A stretch of DNA of 32,000 bases, taken from the NCBI GenBank assembly GCA_040388475.1, contig JAZKBT010000006.1, forward strand, positions 314,262 through 346,261. The letters run 5' to 3'. The DNA comes from Bacteroidota bacterium. Its GTDB lineage: Bacteria > Bacteroidota > Bacteroidia > Chitinophagales > Chitinophagaceae. Both the position numbers and the translations under genes were made by a program. Below are positions 17,808-26,464 of this stretch, piece after piece. Below the pieces are notes generated by a model that saw only the letters and a program-made list of their open reading frames with translations, was not told the DNA's origin and made no database searches. Position 1 is the first letter of the stretch. Every line of letters begins with the position of its first letter.

Positions 17808-19793
17808 TTATGCATTGCCTGTATCTTGTTTTTTACGTTCTTTTTCTTTGATCAGACGCGCTACTTCGGTTTCAATTAAGCTACGTATTTCATATTTGAT
17901 CTGGAAAAAATTATCCATTACTTCCTGTCGAGAAACTTTTTTTATTACCGGTATGGAAGTAAAACCGTGCATTTCCTTGTTTACTGTTTCGGTGTTTTGG
18001 ATTATCTGAGAATGAAACATCTTAAGTGCGATTTTTTCATGTGGATCATCAGCAACCATTCCAACGAATTCGCCTGATGAAAGAGATGATATTTTACTGG
18101 GTGGAATTGCAGATTCTAATTGCTGTGATAAGCTGACGGAAGTATCCGTCCGATTAATCGACAGGCTTTCCCGATCCTGATTTATTCGACCAAACCGATC
18201 CGACAAGGTTTTTGCAGTGTCTCCCATTACCTGGCCACTGATAATGTTGCCGCAAATATTAATGATCACATCGGCCTGCTCCTTGCCATAATCTTTCCTA
18301 AGCTGGCTAAAATCCTGCATACCCAAAACGGTTGCTACTTTATTACTTCTCGCAGTTGCAATCAGTGAATCCATGTTATTAAAAAACAGTGTGGGGAATT
18401 CATCGAATACCAGAGCGCATTTCTGTTGCCCTTTTTTATTTACCAGTTTAACCAACCTCGAAACATACAGTGATATAACAGCGCCATAAATTCCTTGCTT
18501 TTCCGGGTTATTGCCAACACATACAATTTTGGGATCCTCCGGGTTATTGATGTCAAGCGTAAAGTCGTTCCCCGATAGAACCCAATAGAGCTGGGGTGAA
18601 GCAAGTCGCGCCATGCCAATCTTTGCACTCGCAACCTGTCCTTCTAATTGTTCCATCGCATCATTACGGAAAGCAGTAATAAAGGGGTTAATATAAACCT
18701 CTATTTCAGGAACTGTATTCAGCACCGGCAGCAGGTCATCGTATTCTGCCTGCATCAGTTCAATTGCATGTGGTAGCGTACAGTATTTCCCGTTTTCATA
18801 TCGGCGAAGAAACCAGATAATTGCAGTAACGAAATTGATTGGTGACTCGACAAAAAAATCACCTTGTTTTCTTATCCATTCCCTGTTCAATCCTAACAAT
18901 ATGGTGCGCGCGCTTTCAGTCGCATCTGTGATATCATGCATGCCCATTGGATCGAGCGGGTTACACCTGTGGGAGCTATCAAGGTCGTCAAAGTTGATGG
19001 TATAAAAAGTGGGTGCTTTTGAGAACCTTTTTTTGTTAGCCTGCAGCCAGTTATAAGCAGAACGGGAAAGGTCGTCATACTTAAAATCATAGACGAACAT
19101 TGCATATCCTTTCTCAATCATCTGGCGCATAAGCGGCAGGATAACAAACCAGGATTTTCCGGCACCTGGCGTGCCGCATACAATAGATCCCCGAAATGGG
19201 TTGGGTATGTTTATCCAACTGAATCGACTATTGTTTTTAAGCTGATACTTTGCACGAAAATTTACCGAGTATTCATTCTGAATCAGCCGCTCTTCCTGCG
19301 GAAAAGTTTCATTCATTACATTAAAAATGTCGGTGGCTAATTTCTGGCGAATGATCCTGCTCACCATAGTACCTCCAGCCATTACTAGCAGGAAGCCAAT
19401 TGTTACAAAAAATAGATACGCCTGCGTGATCGATTGCGGCGTTGAAAAGAGCCTGAATGCAAGAGCACTAACAAAGAATAACAGCAACCCTGCGGCAATA
19501 CAAATGCAGATAGAAATCCAGTTTTGGCTGACTTCCTTTTTACCCTGCACACCTGCCAGCCCTATAACCAATAGTAAAAGGCAAAACCACTTAGCACGGG
19601 TGAAATTGGCAAATAATCCAGTTGCAGCGATCCGCGCAAGTATCTTATCAGAGACTGACGAAGTAAAATGCCATTCCTGGAATGCAGCATAACATGAATA
19701 ATAGATATGCAATCCAAGCATTCCTACACTAGAAAATCTTGTCAGGTCCAGGATCTTTCGTAAATCCGTTTCATTCTCACCAGTAGATGACAT
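17808..19793 (-). CDS. mobC: Type IV coupling protein (Bacteroidota MobC / TraG-TraD family)
   Basis: 661 aa. N-terminal transmembrane helices, Walker A GTPGAGKSWFV, Walker B-like CALVFDEFPTLF. Sits directly downstream of the relaxase gene. Confidence 0.85.
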   Translation of the reverse strand: MSSTGENETDLRKILDLTRFSSVGMLGLHIYYSCYAAFQEWHFTSSVSDKILARIAATGLFANFTRAKWFCLLLLVIGLAGVQGKKEVSQNWISICICIAAGLLLFFVSALAFRLFSTPQSITQAYLFFVTIGFLLVMAGGTMVSRIIRQKLATDIFNVMNETFPQEERLIQNEYSVNFRAKYQLKNNSRFSWINIPNPFRGSIVCGTPGAGKSWFVILPLMRQMIEKGYAMFVYDFKYDDLSRSAYNWLQANKKRFSKAPTFYTINFDDLDSSHRCNPLDPMGMHDITDATESARTILLGLNREWIRKQGDFFVESPINFVTAIIWFLRRYENGKYCTLPHAIELMQAEYDDLLPVLNTVPEIEVYINPFITAFRNDAMEQLEGQVASAKIGMARLASPQLYWVLSGNDFTLDINNPEDPKIVCVGNNPEKQGIYGAVISLYVSRLVKLVNKKGQQKCALVFDEFPTLFFNNMDSLIATARSNKVATVLGMQDFSQLRKDYGKEQADVIINICGNIISGQVMGDTAKTLSDRFGRINQDRESLSINRTDTSVSLSQQLESAIPPSKISSLSSGEFVGMVADDPHEKIALKMFHSQIIQNTETVNKEMHGFTSIPVIKKVSRQEVMDNFFQIKYEIRSLIETEVARLIKEKERKKQDTGNA

Positions 19794-19820
19794 TCACACA
19801 CACATTTTCTGTTTAAACAA

Positions 19821-21026
19821 TCATCGTTTCCTCTTTCTTTTCTTCTTCTTCAATGCGAACGGCGTTGGATTAAATTCGTTCTCAGGCTGCATCAAGGACT
19901 CGACAGCCGACAACCCATTAAATTCTATCAACCCGGTTTTTGCTACATGGTGTATTTTATGACTAACTGGTTCGATCTGATTATTCATTTGTTTCAGAAG
20001 TCCGGCGATACTATACTGCCTGCCTAAATAAGAACCATTACATACCATTTTATTTTCGTTGTCAACAAACGTAATCCCGTACATTCTACCTTCTGCGTTC
20101 TGGCGTATAACCGTAGCGACATTCTTTGCCAAAAGCATCGCAGATAATTCATGAATTGAACCCGGATTATTTTGCATTACACTTGCAAGTTTTTGCTGAA
20201 CTTTTTCTTTCAATGCTTCCCGAAGCGTATGATTTTTTTCAAACCGCTTTTCGAGAGTTGTAAGCGTTGGATTTCCGGCCATCGAACTTGCTTTGATTGG
20301 GACACCAATTTTATTTCCGTTCCGATCAAGTACGTGGTATAACAATCCTTTTTTTAAATGGATAAATCCATCCTTTGCACCTGGATCGGCAATGACGTTA
20401 AACTGCTTTAGCACTGCGTTCAATTCCGGTAGTGAACAATAATTGTAGGTAGGCAATACCTGCTGCAAAACATTGGCAATCCCACGCTTTGTTTCAGATT
20501 TTCCATACAACAGTTTTGTGTTGTCAAATGGAACAACTAAGGCTTTATTGACTCCCGATTCTTCTGCTTTTATCAAGCCGTATTTTTGTTCAAGAAATTT
20601 CCTTGCGAGCTCGGATTGATTTCGTCCCATATTGTGTGTATTGATCCGCTCTCCGTTCGCACGAATTGTTGTCGATACAATATGGACATGCGGATGCCCT
20701 GCGTCGTAGTGGTGATAGACGAGAAAAGGCTGATCCCCGAATCCAATCAAAGCCATGTATTCACGTGCGATTTGCAATAAGGTTTCCGGTGCGCAGGAGT
20801 CCCTGGTGCTGAAATTGAGCGATACGTGAATGGTGTTTGTTTTTACGCCTTCTTTCAGCCTGTTCCTGTGTTCAAAATGGTCCAGTTTGTCATAAAAATT
20901 CATTTTTTTTAACGGCAATAAAAAGCCGTTTTCCCCAATGCATGTTGCGTTCCCTTTTTTTACTTTCTGTTCATTGTAATTCAATGTTTTTTGAAGGCTG
21001 TGCGGTGTTGTTATTCGTGCAACCAT
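19821..21026 (-). CDS. mobB: Relaxase / mobilization nuclease (Bacteroidota MobB type)
   Basis: MVARITTPHSLQKTLNYNEQKV N-terminus, and the histidine triad VYHHYDAGHPHVHIVSTTI typical of the relaxase/mobilisation nuclease domain. Overlaps mobA by 16 nt. Confidence 0.85.
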   Translation of the reverse strand: MVARITTPHSLQKTLNYNEQKVKKGNATCIGENGFLLPLKKMNFYDKLDHFEHRNRLKEGVKTNTIHVSLNFSTRDSCAPETLLQIAREYMALIGFGDQPFLVYHHYDAGHPHVHIVSTTIRANGERINTHNMGRNQSELARKFLEQKYGLIKAEESGVNKALVVPFDNTKLLYGKSETKRGIANVLQQVLPTYNYCSLPELNAVLKQFNVIADPGAKDGFIHLKKGLLYHVLDRNGNKIGVPIKASSMAGNPTLTTLEKRFEKNHTLREALKEKVQQKLASVMQNNPGSIHELSAMLLAKNVATVIRQNAEGRMYGITFVDNENKMVCNGSYLGRQYSIAGLLKQMNNQIEPVSHKIHHVAKTGLIEFNGLSAVESLMQPENEFNPTPFALKKKKRKRKR

Positions 21027-21415
21027 AACTGATAAACCTGGTTCGCAATTGAAATGAGCTGATCTGTCTTAGATAAAAACTGGTGGTGGGCAGTTTCATA
21101 TTTCACAGACCAATTTCTAAACTCTGGAATGCGGTCAAGCGTATGCAGTTTATGCACTGCCTGATTGAAGTTGTTTCCAATCGCATTCAGTTCCTGTTTT
21201 ATCAGAAGCATTTGTTCCAAAAAGTCATCTGCACTTGCATTACGATAAAACAATGTAACCGGCTGTTGAATCGCAACCCGGCGCAGGTAAGTGCTGATAT
21301 TTTTGTCAGTAGAATTTTGCTGGAACTTTTTCAGTTTCTCGTATTCACCTTCGTTCAATCGAACAAACACTCTTTTGTGTCTTACATAGGCTTCCTCTTT
21401 TTTCATTTGAATCAC
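21011..21415 (-). CDS. mobA: Relaxosome accessory protein (MobC-family Pfam domain; MobA in Bacteroides nomenclature)
   Basis: RVFVRLNEGEYEKL (RHH-like) and LNAIGNNFNQAVHKLH (the iGnNlNQ motif of plasmid mobilisation accessory proteins). First gene of the mob operon. Confidence 0.75.
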   Translation of the reverse strand: MIQMKKEEAYVRHKRVFVRLNEGEYEKLKKFQQNSTDKNISTYLRRVAIQQPVTLFYRNASADDFLEQMLLIKQELNAIGNNFNQAVHKLHTLDRIPEFRNWSVKYETAHHQFLSKTDQLISIANQVYQLWLHE

Positions 21416-21427
21416 TAATTCATTTCA

Positions 21428-21486
21428 CCCATGCGAGTCCCGAGCATGGGCAAGATGCCCAAACGTCTGACGTTTGTACATCTTGC
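21428..21486. promoter_or_regulatory. Candidate oriT: adjacent and nested inverted repeats upstream of mobA
   Basis: IR1 is cccatgc (21428-21434) with gcatggg (21444-21450). IR2 is a 37-bp near-perfect palindrome at 21450-21486, with outer arms gcaagatg/catcttgc and inner arms caaacgtc-t-gacgtttg. It lies in the 208-bp gap between mobA and radC. Confidence 0.4.
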
Positions 21487-21623
21487 CGCGCGCTGTTAAG
21501 GCCGCTGAAACGCGGATCGTGGCTAATGATCTTTAATTGATGGAGTAAAATTAGAGTGGAAGAATGAGCAGGGAAGAGCCTACCCGTTTTTTGGGAAGGC
21601 AGAATTTTGTTCGATTATTTTTC

Positions 21624-22097
21624 TTATAGCAACCCGTCATCTGCAAACGACATATAACCTTCACTGGTTAGTATGATATGATCGATCAATTTTATTTCCA
21701 TGAGAAGGGATGCCTGTTTCAGGTTTGCTGTCAAGGTCTTATCACGCTCACTGGGTTGCAGGTTTCCACTAGGATGGTTGTGGCAAATGATCATAGCCGT
21801 GGCTTTCAACTTCAGGGCGCCAGCCAGCAGAAGCCGCGGGTCGGCAACTGTTCCGGTGATACCACCTGTTGACATTTTCTTTATTGCAAGCACATGGTTG
21901 GTTGTATCAAGATAAATCACTTTGAATTGTTCAACTAATTGTATTCTTTTCCGGTTCCATGAACGCTTTAACAGCCACCAGGAATCAAGAGACTTCCTTA
22001 TCTGGAATCGTCTTGATGCCGGGACTTGCGAAACATACACCAATTCGATTTCGGATACAATGTTTAATGATGGCAGGGTTTGGTATTGGTCGATCAT
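21624..22097 (-). CDS. radC: RadC-like JAB/MPN+ metalloprotease domain protein
   Basis: FKVIYLDTTNHVLAIKKMSTGGITGTVADPRLLLAGALKLKATAMIICHNHPSGNLQPSERDKTLT...LIDHIIL is the classic RadC C-terminal JAB domain with HNHPSG..PS..D. Confidence 0.85.
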   Translation of the reverse strand: MIDQYQTLPSLNIVSEIELVYVSQVPASRRFQIRKSLDSWWLLKRSWNRKRIQLVEQFKVIYLDTTNHVLAIKKMSTGGITGTVADPRLLLAGALKLKATAMIICHNHPSGNLQPSERDKTLTANLKQASLLMEIKLIDHIILTSEGYMSFADDGLL

Positions 22098-22119
22098 ATA
22101 GTATTTTTTAGGTGGGGAT

Positions 22120-22914
22120 CTATTTTACTGGGATGGGTTGTGTTTTAAAATCTTTGAGATTGAGGAAAAAGCCGCGGTAGTGCGTCATTCCTTCCCTGAA
22201 CATTGACCATAGAAGGGAAGCACCGAGCGCCGACAAAGTTGTGTTGATGAACAGATCCTGTTTGTGTAAGGCTTCTGCCATTGAACAACTTGGCGAAAGG
22301 TCTTCCGGTTGGGATTTCAGGAGTTCTTTAAATTCATCAGTCAGGTATGGCAATTTGGCGTGGGTGAGATATTTTTCCGAGGCGGGTTGTTTTACTTCGC
22401 CAATGGTTGATAAAATTACCTGGCCCGATTGCCTGCTGTTACCAAAATCCATCCAGTACACCGGCCTGCTTCTTGATTGTGTTTTGGTATCCATTTTTTT
22501 AAGAACAGAAGCAATCTCGAATCTTGTTTTGATACTATCAACGCAGGAGATAATAATGTTGCCGCTCAACTCATTTTTGTCCGACCTGGATGATACTTTT
22601 TTGCAATGAGCCTTCCAGTTCGTACCGAAGAATCGGTTCAAACGGTTGATGAGAACAACAGACTTTGGAAAACCGATTTCATTTTTGGTGAAGAGTTGTC
22701 TTCCCATATTCGCAGAGGTGACCAAATCATCGTCAAAGAGCTTAACCGCAATTCCCGGATGACCGAGAGCTACAAGGGAAATATTGATCCGCCCAAGCGC
22801 CGTTAAGACCTGGCTGCCTGTGCCACCTGCACCGATCAGGTTTACGATCACCGGATTGGTAGGAGTAAGCAGGTATTTGTCAGTAAAATGAACGGAGGGT
22901 TTAGTCGATTCCAT
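22120..22914 (-). CDS. PRTRC-system ThiF-family E1-like adenylyltransferase
   Basis: Rossmann loop VNLIGAGGTGSQVL, and FDDDLVTSANMGRQLF...EIGFPKS, the ThiF/MoeB/E1 adenylation motif. Overlaps the upstream gene by 14 nt. Confidence 0.8.
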   Translation of the reverse strand: MESTKPSVHFTDKYLLTPTNPVIVNLIGAGGTGSQVLTALGRINISLVALGHPGIAVKLFDDDLVTSANMGRQLFTKNEIGFPKSVVLINRLNRFFGTNWKAHCKKVSSRSDKNELSGNIIISCVDSIKTRFEIASVLKKMDTKTQSRSRPVYWMDFGNSRQSGQVILSTIGEVKQPASEKYLTHAKLPYLTDEFKELLKSQPEDLSPSCSMAEALHKQDLFINTTLSALGASLLWSMFREGMTHYRGFFLNLKDFKTQPIPVK

Positions 22915-23635
22915 GTAATAATTGTTTTAGTTTTTTTCCTGACTTCAATAGCTCTACTTGTGGAAACTGTTTTTTAGAGCCTGAGAGTTTACTGAATAAC
23001 TGAATGATGTTTGATTTAACCGGGGATCGTTCCCCGAGAAGGTGAGAGAATTTGCTCTTGAAAAAATAGTTATGCCATTCGTCCATAAATTCTTCCAGAT
23101 CGCAATTTGCGCCGATGTCAATTTCTACGGTTCCCATGCATACCAAACCGCCTGTATGGATATTGAAAAATGGTGCATTGTATAGCAGTGTTTCCGTGGA
23201 TGGCCGCTCGTTATTTTTGAGTGCAAATATTTTCAGTTTGTCGCGGCTCGCCATCCATAGTAAAGGTGGAACTGGATAGACGCCATCGGCGATTTTCAAA
23301 TCCGGGATAAAATAGAGCTGTTTTTTCTGTGCCGGCGTGTACCAGATTACGTAACCATCTTTACCTGTTCGCAGGTATACAATGTTTTCAGGCAGTAAAC
23401 CGGAACCCTGAAAGCATCCTTTATTTTCTTCTTCATTATGTAATAGTATTTCCCCGAGTTCGTGGCTTTCCTGCAAACCCAATGGATGCGCGTTGATCAT
23501 TTTTCCATTGTCGTTTATATCAAACGATTCCACAAAAAAATTCTCATTGTTTTGCTGGTCAGCATAGATGACAATTCCCTTGATCGGGTGGTAGGGATCG
23601 GTAAACAATTTGGTTAGGTTATGCATATAGGTCAT
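22901..23635 (-). CDS. PRTRC system protein B-like, putative prokaryotic E2-like protein
   Basis: 244 aa. NAPFFNIHTGGLVCMGTV resembles the E2 HPN...C active-site arrangement. It sits immediately upstream of the E1-like gene, as in PRTRC cassettes. Confidence 0.55.
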   Translation of the reverse strand: MTYMHNLTKLFTDPYHPIKGIVIYADQQNNENFFVESFDINDNGKMINAHPLGLQESHELGEILLHNEEENKGCFQGSGLLPENIVYLRTGKDGYVIWYTPAQKKQLYFIPDLKIADGVYPVPPLLWMASRDKLKIFALKNNERPSTETLLYNAPFFNIHTGGLVCMGTVEIDIGANCDLEEFMDEWHNYFFKSKFSHLLGERSPVKSNIIQLFSKLSGSKKQFPQVELLKSGKKLKQLLHGID

Positions 23636-24716
23636 TTAAGATGTCAGCTAATTCATTAAGCAATTCGAGTAACTGTTTCTGGAAACTGAATTCGTGGATG
23701 ATTTCTGTATGTGGAGTTTCAAACTTTTGGATAGAGAATGGAACATCGAAAATTGTTTTCTCCTGTAGCTCACAGTTAACCCATTCGAGTAACTGATCCA
23801 TCATCCAGCCATCGGATGCCCAGCAAAACGAAAAGAACTGATCAATGTAGGCGCGGTCGTCTTCCTCGTCAGGATGGAGAAATTCACCAGCGTTGTTTGA
23901 TGCAAATTTTTCATCAGGGAACTGCCGCCACAGTGCATGGATTTTTTTTGAAAGGGAAAGCAGATTGGCATCGAAATCATCTGCCGGTTTGAATTGTTCA
24001 ATTCTGTTAATAAAATCTAACAGGTTGGTCGTGTTTGCAATATGCTTATTCAAAATTGACGAGTATCGTTTTGCTGCTGTAAAAACCTCCATGATGCCGC
24101 GATATTCTTGTTCCTCAAATTCATCCTCATTATCGGAATAAGACTGTTCCATCATGTCATATTCCCCTTGTATGTAGGAGGAAGTATTCAGGAGAGGCAT
24201 ACCCGCGATATGGTGCAGGTAGGAATAGACAGAGAGCAGCAGGTTGAATGTGTCGCCCTTTTCTCGTTGATGAAGGAAACGCAGCGCGTCAAGTGGCACA
24301 TAATACAGGGTTAATCCAATATCGATTTCTTTCACTGTTGCAATAACAGGGTAACCGTCATCTTCCTGAACGATTAACAATTCAACATTGGCGGAACGTT
24401 TTATCATTTCCGCCTGTGTGTTTGCAAAAAGTTCAGCAATACAAAAAGGATATTTTTTTATTGAGACCAGATTCGGTTTAAAACCATATAATGAAGCGAG
24501 ATTCTGTATGGAATTGATAAAGGATTCTTTTGCCTTTTTAATGACAACCCGGGAAGGGTTCATCAATGCTGTAACCGGCCTGAAGGATTGCTTTAGAAAA
24601 TCATGGGCGTGTTCGCCAATGGTGCGCATTTTGGCTTTATCTTTCTTACAGCTGATGCGTCCGGCAGATAATTTATGTTGCGGGCGAATTTTCCGAGCTT
24701 CTTGTATACTGTCCAT
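23619..24716 (-). CDS. Hypothetical protein embedded in the PRTRC cassette
   Basis: 365-aa ORF with coding-like composition. Overlaps the downstream gene by 17 nt. I recognise no motif. It has an acidic patch SYSDNEDEFEEQEY. Confidence 0.5.
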   Translation of the reverse strand: MDSIQEARKIRPQHKLSAGRISCKKDKAKMRTIGEHAHDFLKQSFRPVTALMNPSRVVIKKAKESFINSIQNLASLYGFKPNLVSIKKYPFCIAELFANTQAEMIKRSANVELLIVQEDDGYPVIATVKEIDIGLTLYYVPLDALRFLHQREKGDTFNLLLSVYSYLHHIAGMPLLNTSSYIQGEYDMMEQSYSDNEDEFEEQEYRGIMEVFTAAKRYSSILNKHIANTTNLLDFINRIEQFKPADDFDANLLSLSKKIHALWRQFPDEKFASNNAGEFLHPDEEDDRAYIDQFFSFCWASDGWMMDQLLEWVNCELQEKTIFDVPFSIQKFETPHTEIIHEFSFQKQLLELLNELADILNDLYA

Positions 24717-24768
24717 ATTTCGTCCTGTTTCTGAATGAATGAGTGTGTGGTATTTTTCTTTTTCATGG

Positions 24769-24987
24769 CTATCCTTTTGTACCGAGTGTTGTTACGAATT
24801 TGTAAGCCACTTTATCACCAGTGATTTCGGGCCCTTCAATTTTTGCGGTTGTCAGGATAGGGTAGGTTGCCGAGTAAAAATTCAGCACTGATTCAGGAGA
24901 AAATATTTCGTGCGGATCTGACAGTTCTACTTCTGTACCGGCATTGTCAAACCTAAATACACGAGGAAGTTCATTTGTAATTAGCAT
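24769..24987 (-). CDS. PRTRC system protein C-like ubiquitin-like protein (72 aa, C-terminal Gly)
   Basis: Using the Met at 24987 (MLITNELPRVFRF...) avoids overlap with the upstream gene. The protein ends ...KFVTTLGTKG-stop, an exposed terminal glycine as in ThiS/MoaD/Ub-like proteins. It lies next to E1- and E2-like genes. Confidence 0.6.
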   Translation of the reverse strand: MLITNELPRVFRFDNAGTEVELSDPHEIFSPESVLNFYSATYPILTTAKIEGPEITGDKVAYKFVTTLGTKG

Positions 24988-25012
24988 ATAGAGTAGTTTT
25001 TTAGAGTTTCGG

Positions 25013-25663
25013 TTATCTGTTTGGATCGAGATCATCTTCTTCCCCCGGTTCATCGACTTCGTCCGGATCTGTGTCTTCGTCAGGGTCAATGTCTTCGTCT
25101 GGATCTGTTACAGTTGTGTCTTCCTCCGGTTCGACAACAGTTTCGGTTGGGGTGTCCCCGAACAAAGAGAGTGTACCATGTTTACTACGCAATTGCTGCA
25201 TTTTATTTTTGATCTCGGTTTCAAATTCTGGATAGGTTTTTGTATCAGGCATTTGCCCAATCGCCTCACCGATCTTATTTAGTCTTTCGAGGTCAGATAC
25301 TTTCTTCATCTGTTCGTCAAACTTTTTTCGTTTGGCATCCTTACTGCCGACTGGTGCAGAACTTGTTTTGTTATTATTATTCTGAATATTTTTCAATGCA
25401 GCCTCATGTTCTTTCATATTACAGAGCAACTGGTTTGTTTTTTGAACGGGCACTTTGATCGTGTCGAAGAATTTTTGATCGAGTTCTTCAATACTTCCTT
25501 TCAGGATCAATGGCGGTATTTTGTTTGCCGATTTATCTTTTAAAGAATCATTGACAAGCAACAGCGAAACAGTCATTGTTGCATCATCCTGTGGCTGAAT
25601 GTTCAGCCTGATATTGCCTGTGAGATTCATCGCGGCGATCTGTTGGAAAAAGTTTGTTAGCAT
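25013..25663 (-). CDS. PRTRC system protein E-like protein with acidic repeat tail
   Basis: Its position directly upstream of the Ubl gene and the N-terminus MLTNFFQQIAAMNL... fit my memory of PRTRC protein E. The C-terminal tail reads EPEEDTTVTDPDEDIDPDEDTDPDEVDEPGEEDDLDP. Confidence 0.5.
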   Translation of the reverse strand: MLTNFFQQIAAMNLTGNIRLNIQPQDDATMTVSLLLVNDSLKDKSANKIPPLILKGSIEELDQKFFDTIKVPVQKTNQLLCNMKEHEAALKNIQNNNNKTSSAPVGSKDAKRKKFDEQMKKVSDLERLNKIGEAIGQMPDTKTYPEFETEIKNKMQQLRSKHGTLSLFGDTPTETVVEPEEDTTVTDPDEDIDPDEDTDPDEVDEPGEEDDLDPNR

Positions 25664-25684
25664 ACAATCAAATATTTTAGTTAT

Positions 25685-26464
25685 TTACAATTTGTTGTCG
25701 GTAGAGGGAGTGAGTATTTGTTTGGCGATATAGATAGCATAGTTTGTTATATGGCGCTGCCATGCTCCTTGTGAAGGTGACCACCTGAAACCGTTGGATT
25801 TAAGTTTTTTACGCATCTCTTCTGCAGGAATCGCATCGAACAGGATTTGCACGCGGTTTGCTTCGACATTCAGCACAATACGGGCATCGCCGATGCGTGT
25901 CTCAGTGCTGGTTAGCGCCTGAATTTTAGTCATCTGTTCAATACGTTCTTTTACACGCCTGATCTCTGCTGAATTATTGGCAAATTTGTAATGTGGGAAA
26001 CCCATTTCGTTGGGGCGGTTCAATTCTTCCCACATTTCTTCAGTGCCAGAATCAAGTGCCAGGAAGCCTTCTTTGTTCTTTTTACGAAGGCATTGGTTCG
26101 CAGCCTTCATAAATAACTGTGTCTTTCCCAAACTGACCAGCTTTTCTTTCAGCTTTACCAAAGCATCAGGGTCATCAGAGGAAATTGCTGTATTTGATTC
26201 GATGGTTTCGGCCTTTTCCTCATAATATTTTGCTTTGTCACCAGCTTCAAAAGCACGTCCGAATGTGTTGTGAATTTTATTCCTGTATTTGCGATCAGAT
26301 TTCTCGCTGTGGTGTCCTACCAGGATGGGTTGCCCAAAGGGAATTACAGAAGCCATTTTCTCGGCCTGGTTAAAGAGCTGTTCGGATAATTTTTCATTTT
26401 TTTCCGCCTGCTTTTTAGCATTAGCGATGCGGTTTGCTTTTCTATCGTGAAAGTTGTGTTTCAT
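25685..26464 (-). CDS. DUF3560 domain protein
   Basis: FGQPILVGHHSEKSDRKYRNKI and the C-terminal GFRWSPSQGAWQRH resemble DUF3560 proteins common on conjugative elements. This is a recollection, not a search result. Confidence 0.55.
   Translation of the reverse strand: MKHNFHDRKANRIANAKKQAEKNEKLSEQLFNQAEKMASVIPFGQPILVGHHSEKSDRKYRNKIHNTFGRAFEAGDKAKYYEEKAETIESNTAISSDDPDALVKLKEKLVSLGKTQLFMKAANQCLRKKNKEGFLALDSGTEEMWEELNRPNEMGFPHYKFANNSAEIRRVKERIEQMTKIQALTSTETRIGDARIVLNVEANRVQILFDAIPAEEMRKKLKSNGFRWSPSQGAWQRHITNYAIYIAKQILTPSTDNKL

Noticed and set aside
24988-25089. N-terminal extension of the Ubl ORF (listed as 24769-25089, 106 aa)
   Set aside because: The extension overlaps the 3' end of the upstream PRTRC-E-like gene by 77 nt and encodes a basic low-complexity leader. 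The internal Met at 24987 gives a 72-aa protein and a 25-bp intergenic gap.
25040-25135. Short tandem repeats considered as a CRISPR array or regulatory repeats
   Set aside because: The units are short and imperfect, sit in frame inside a coding region, and translate to an acidic D-P-D-E tail. There is no repeat-spacer structure anywhere in the window.
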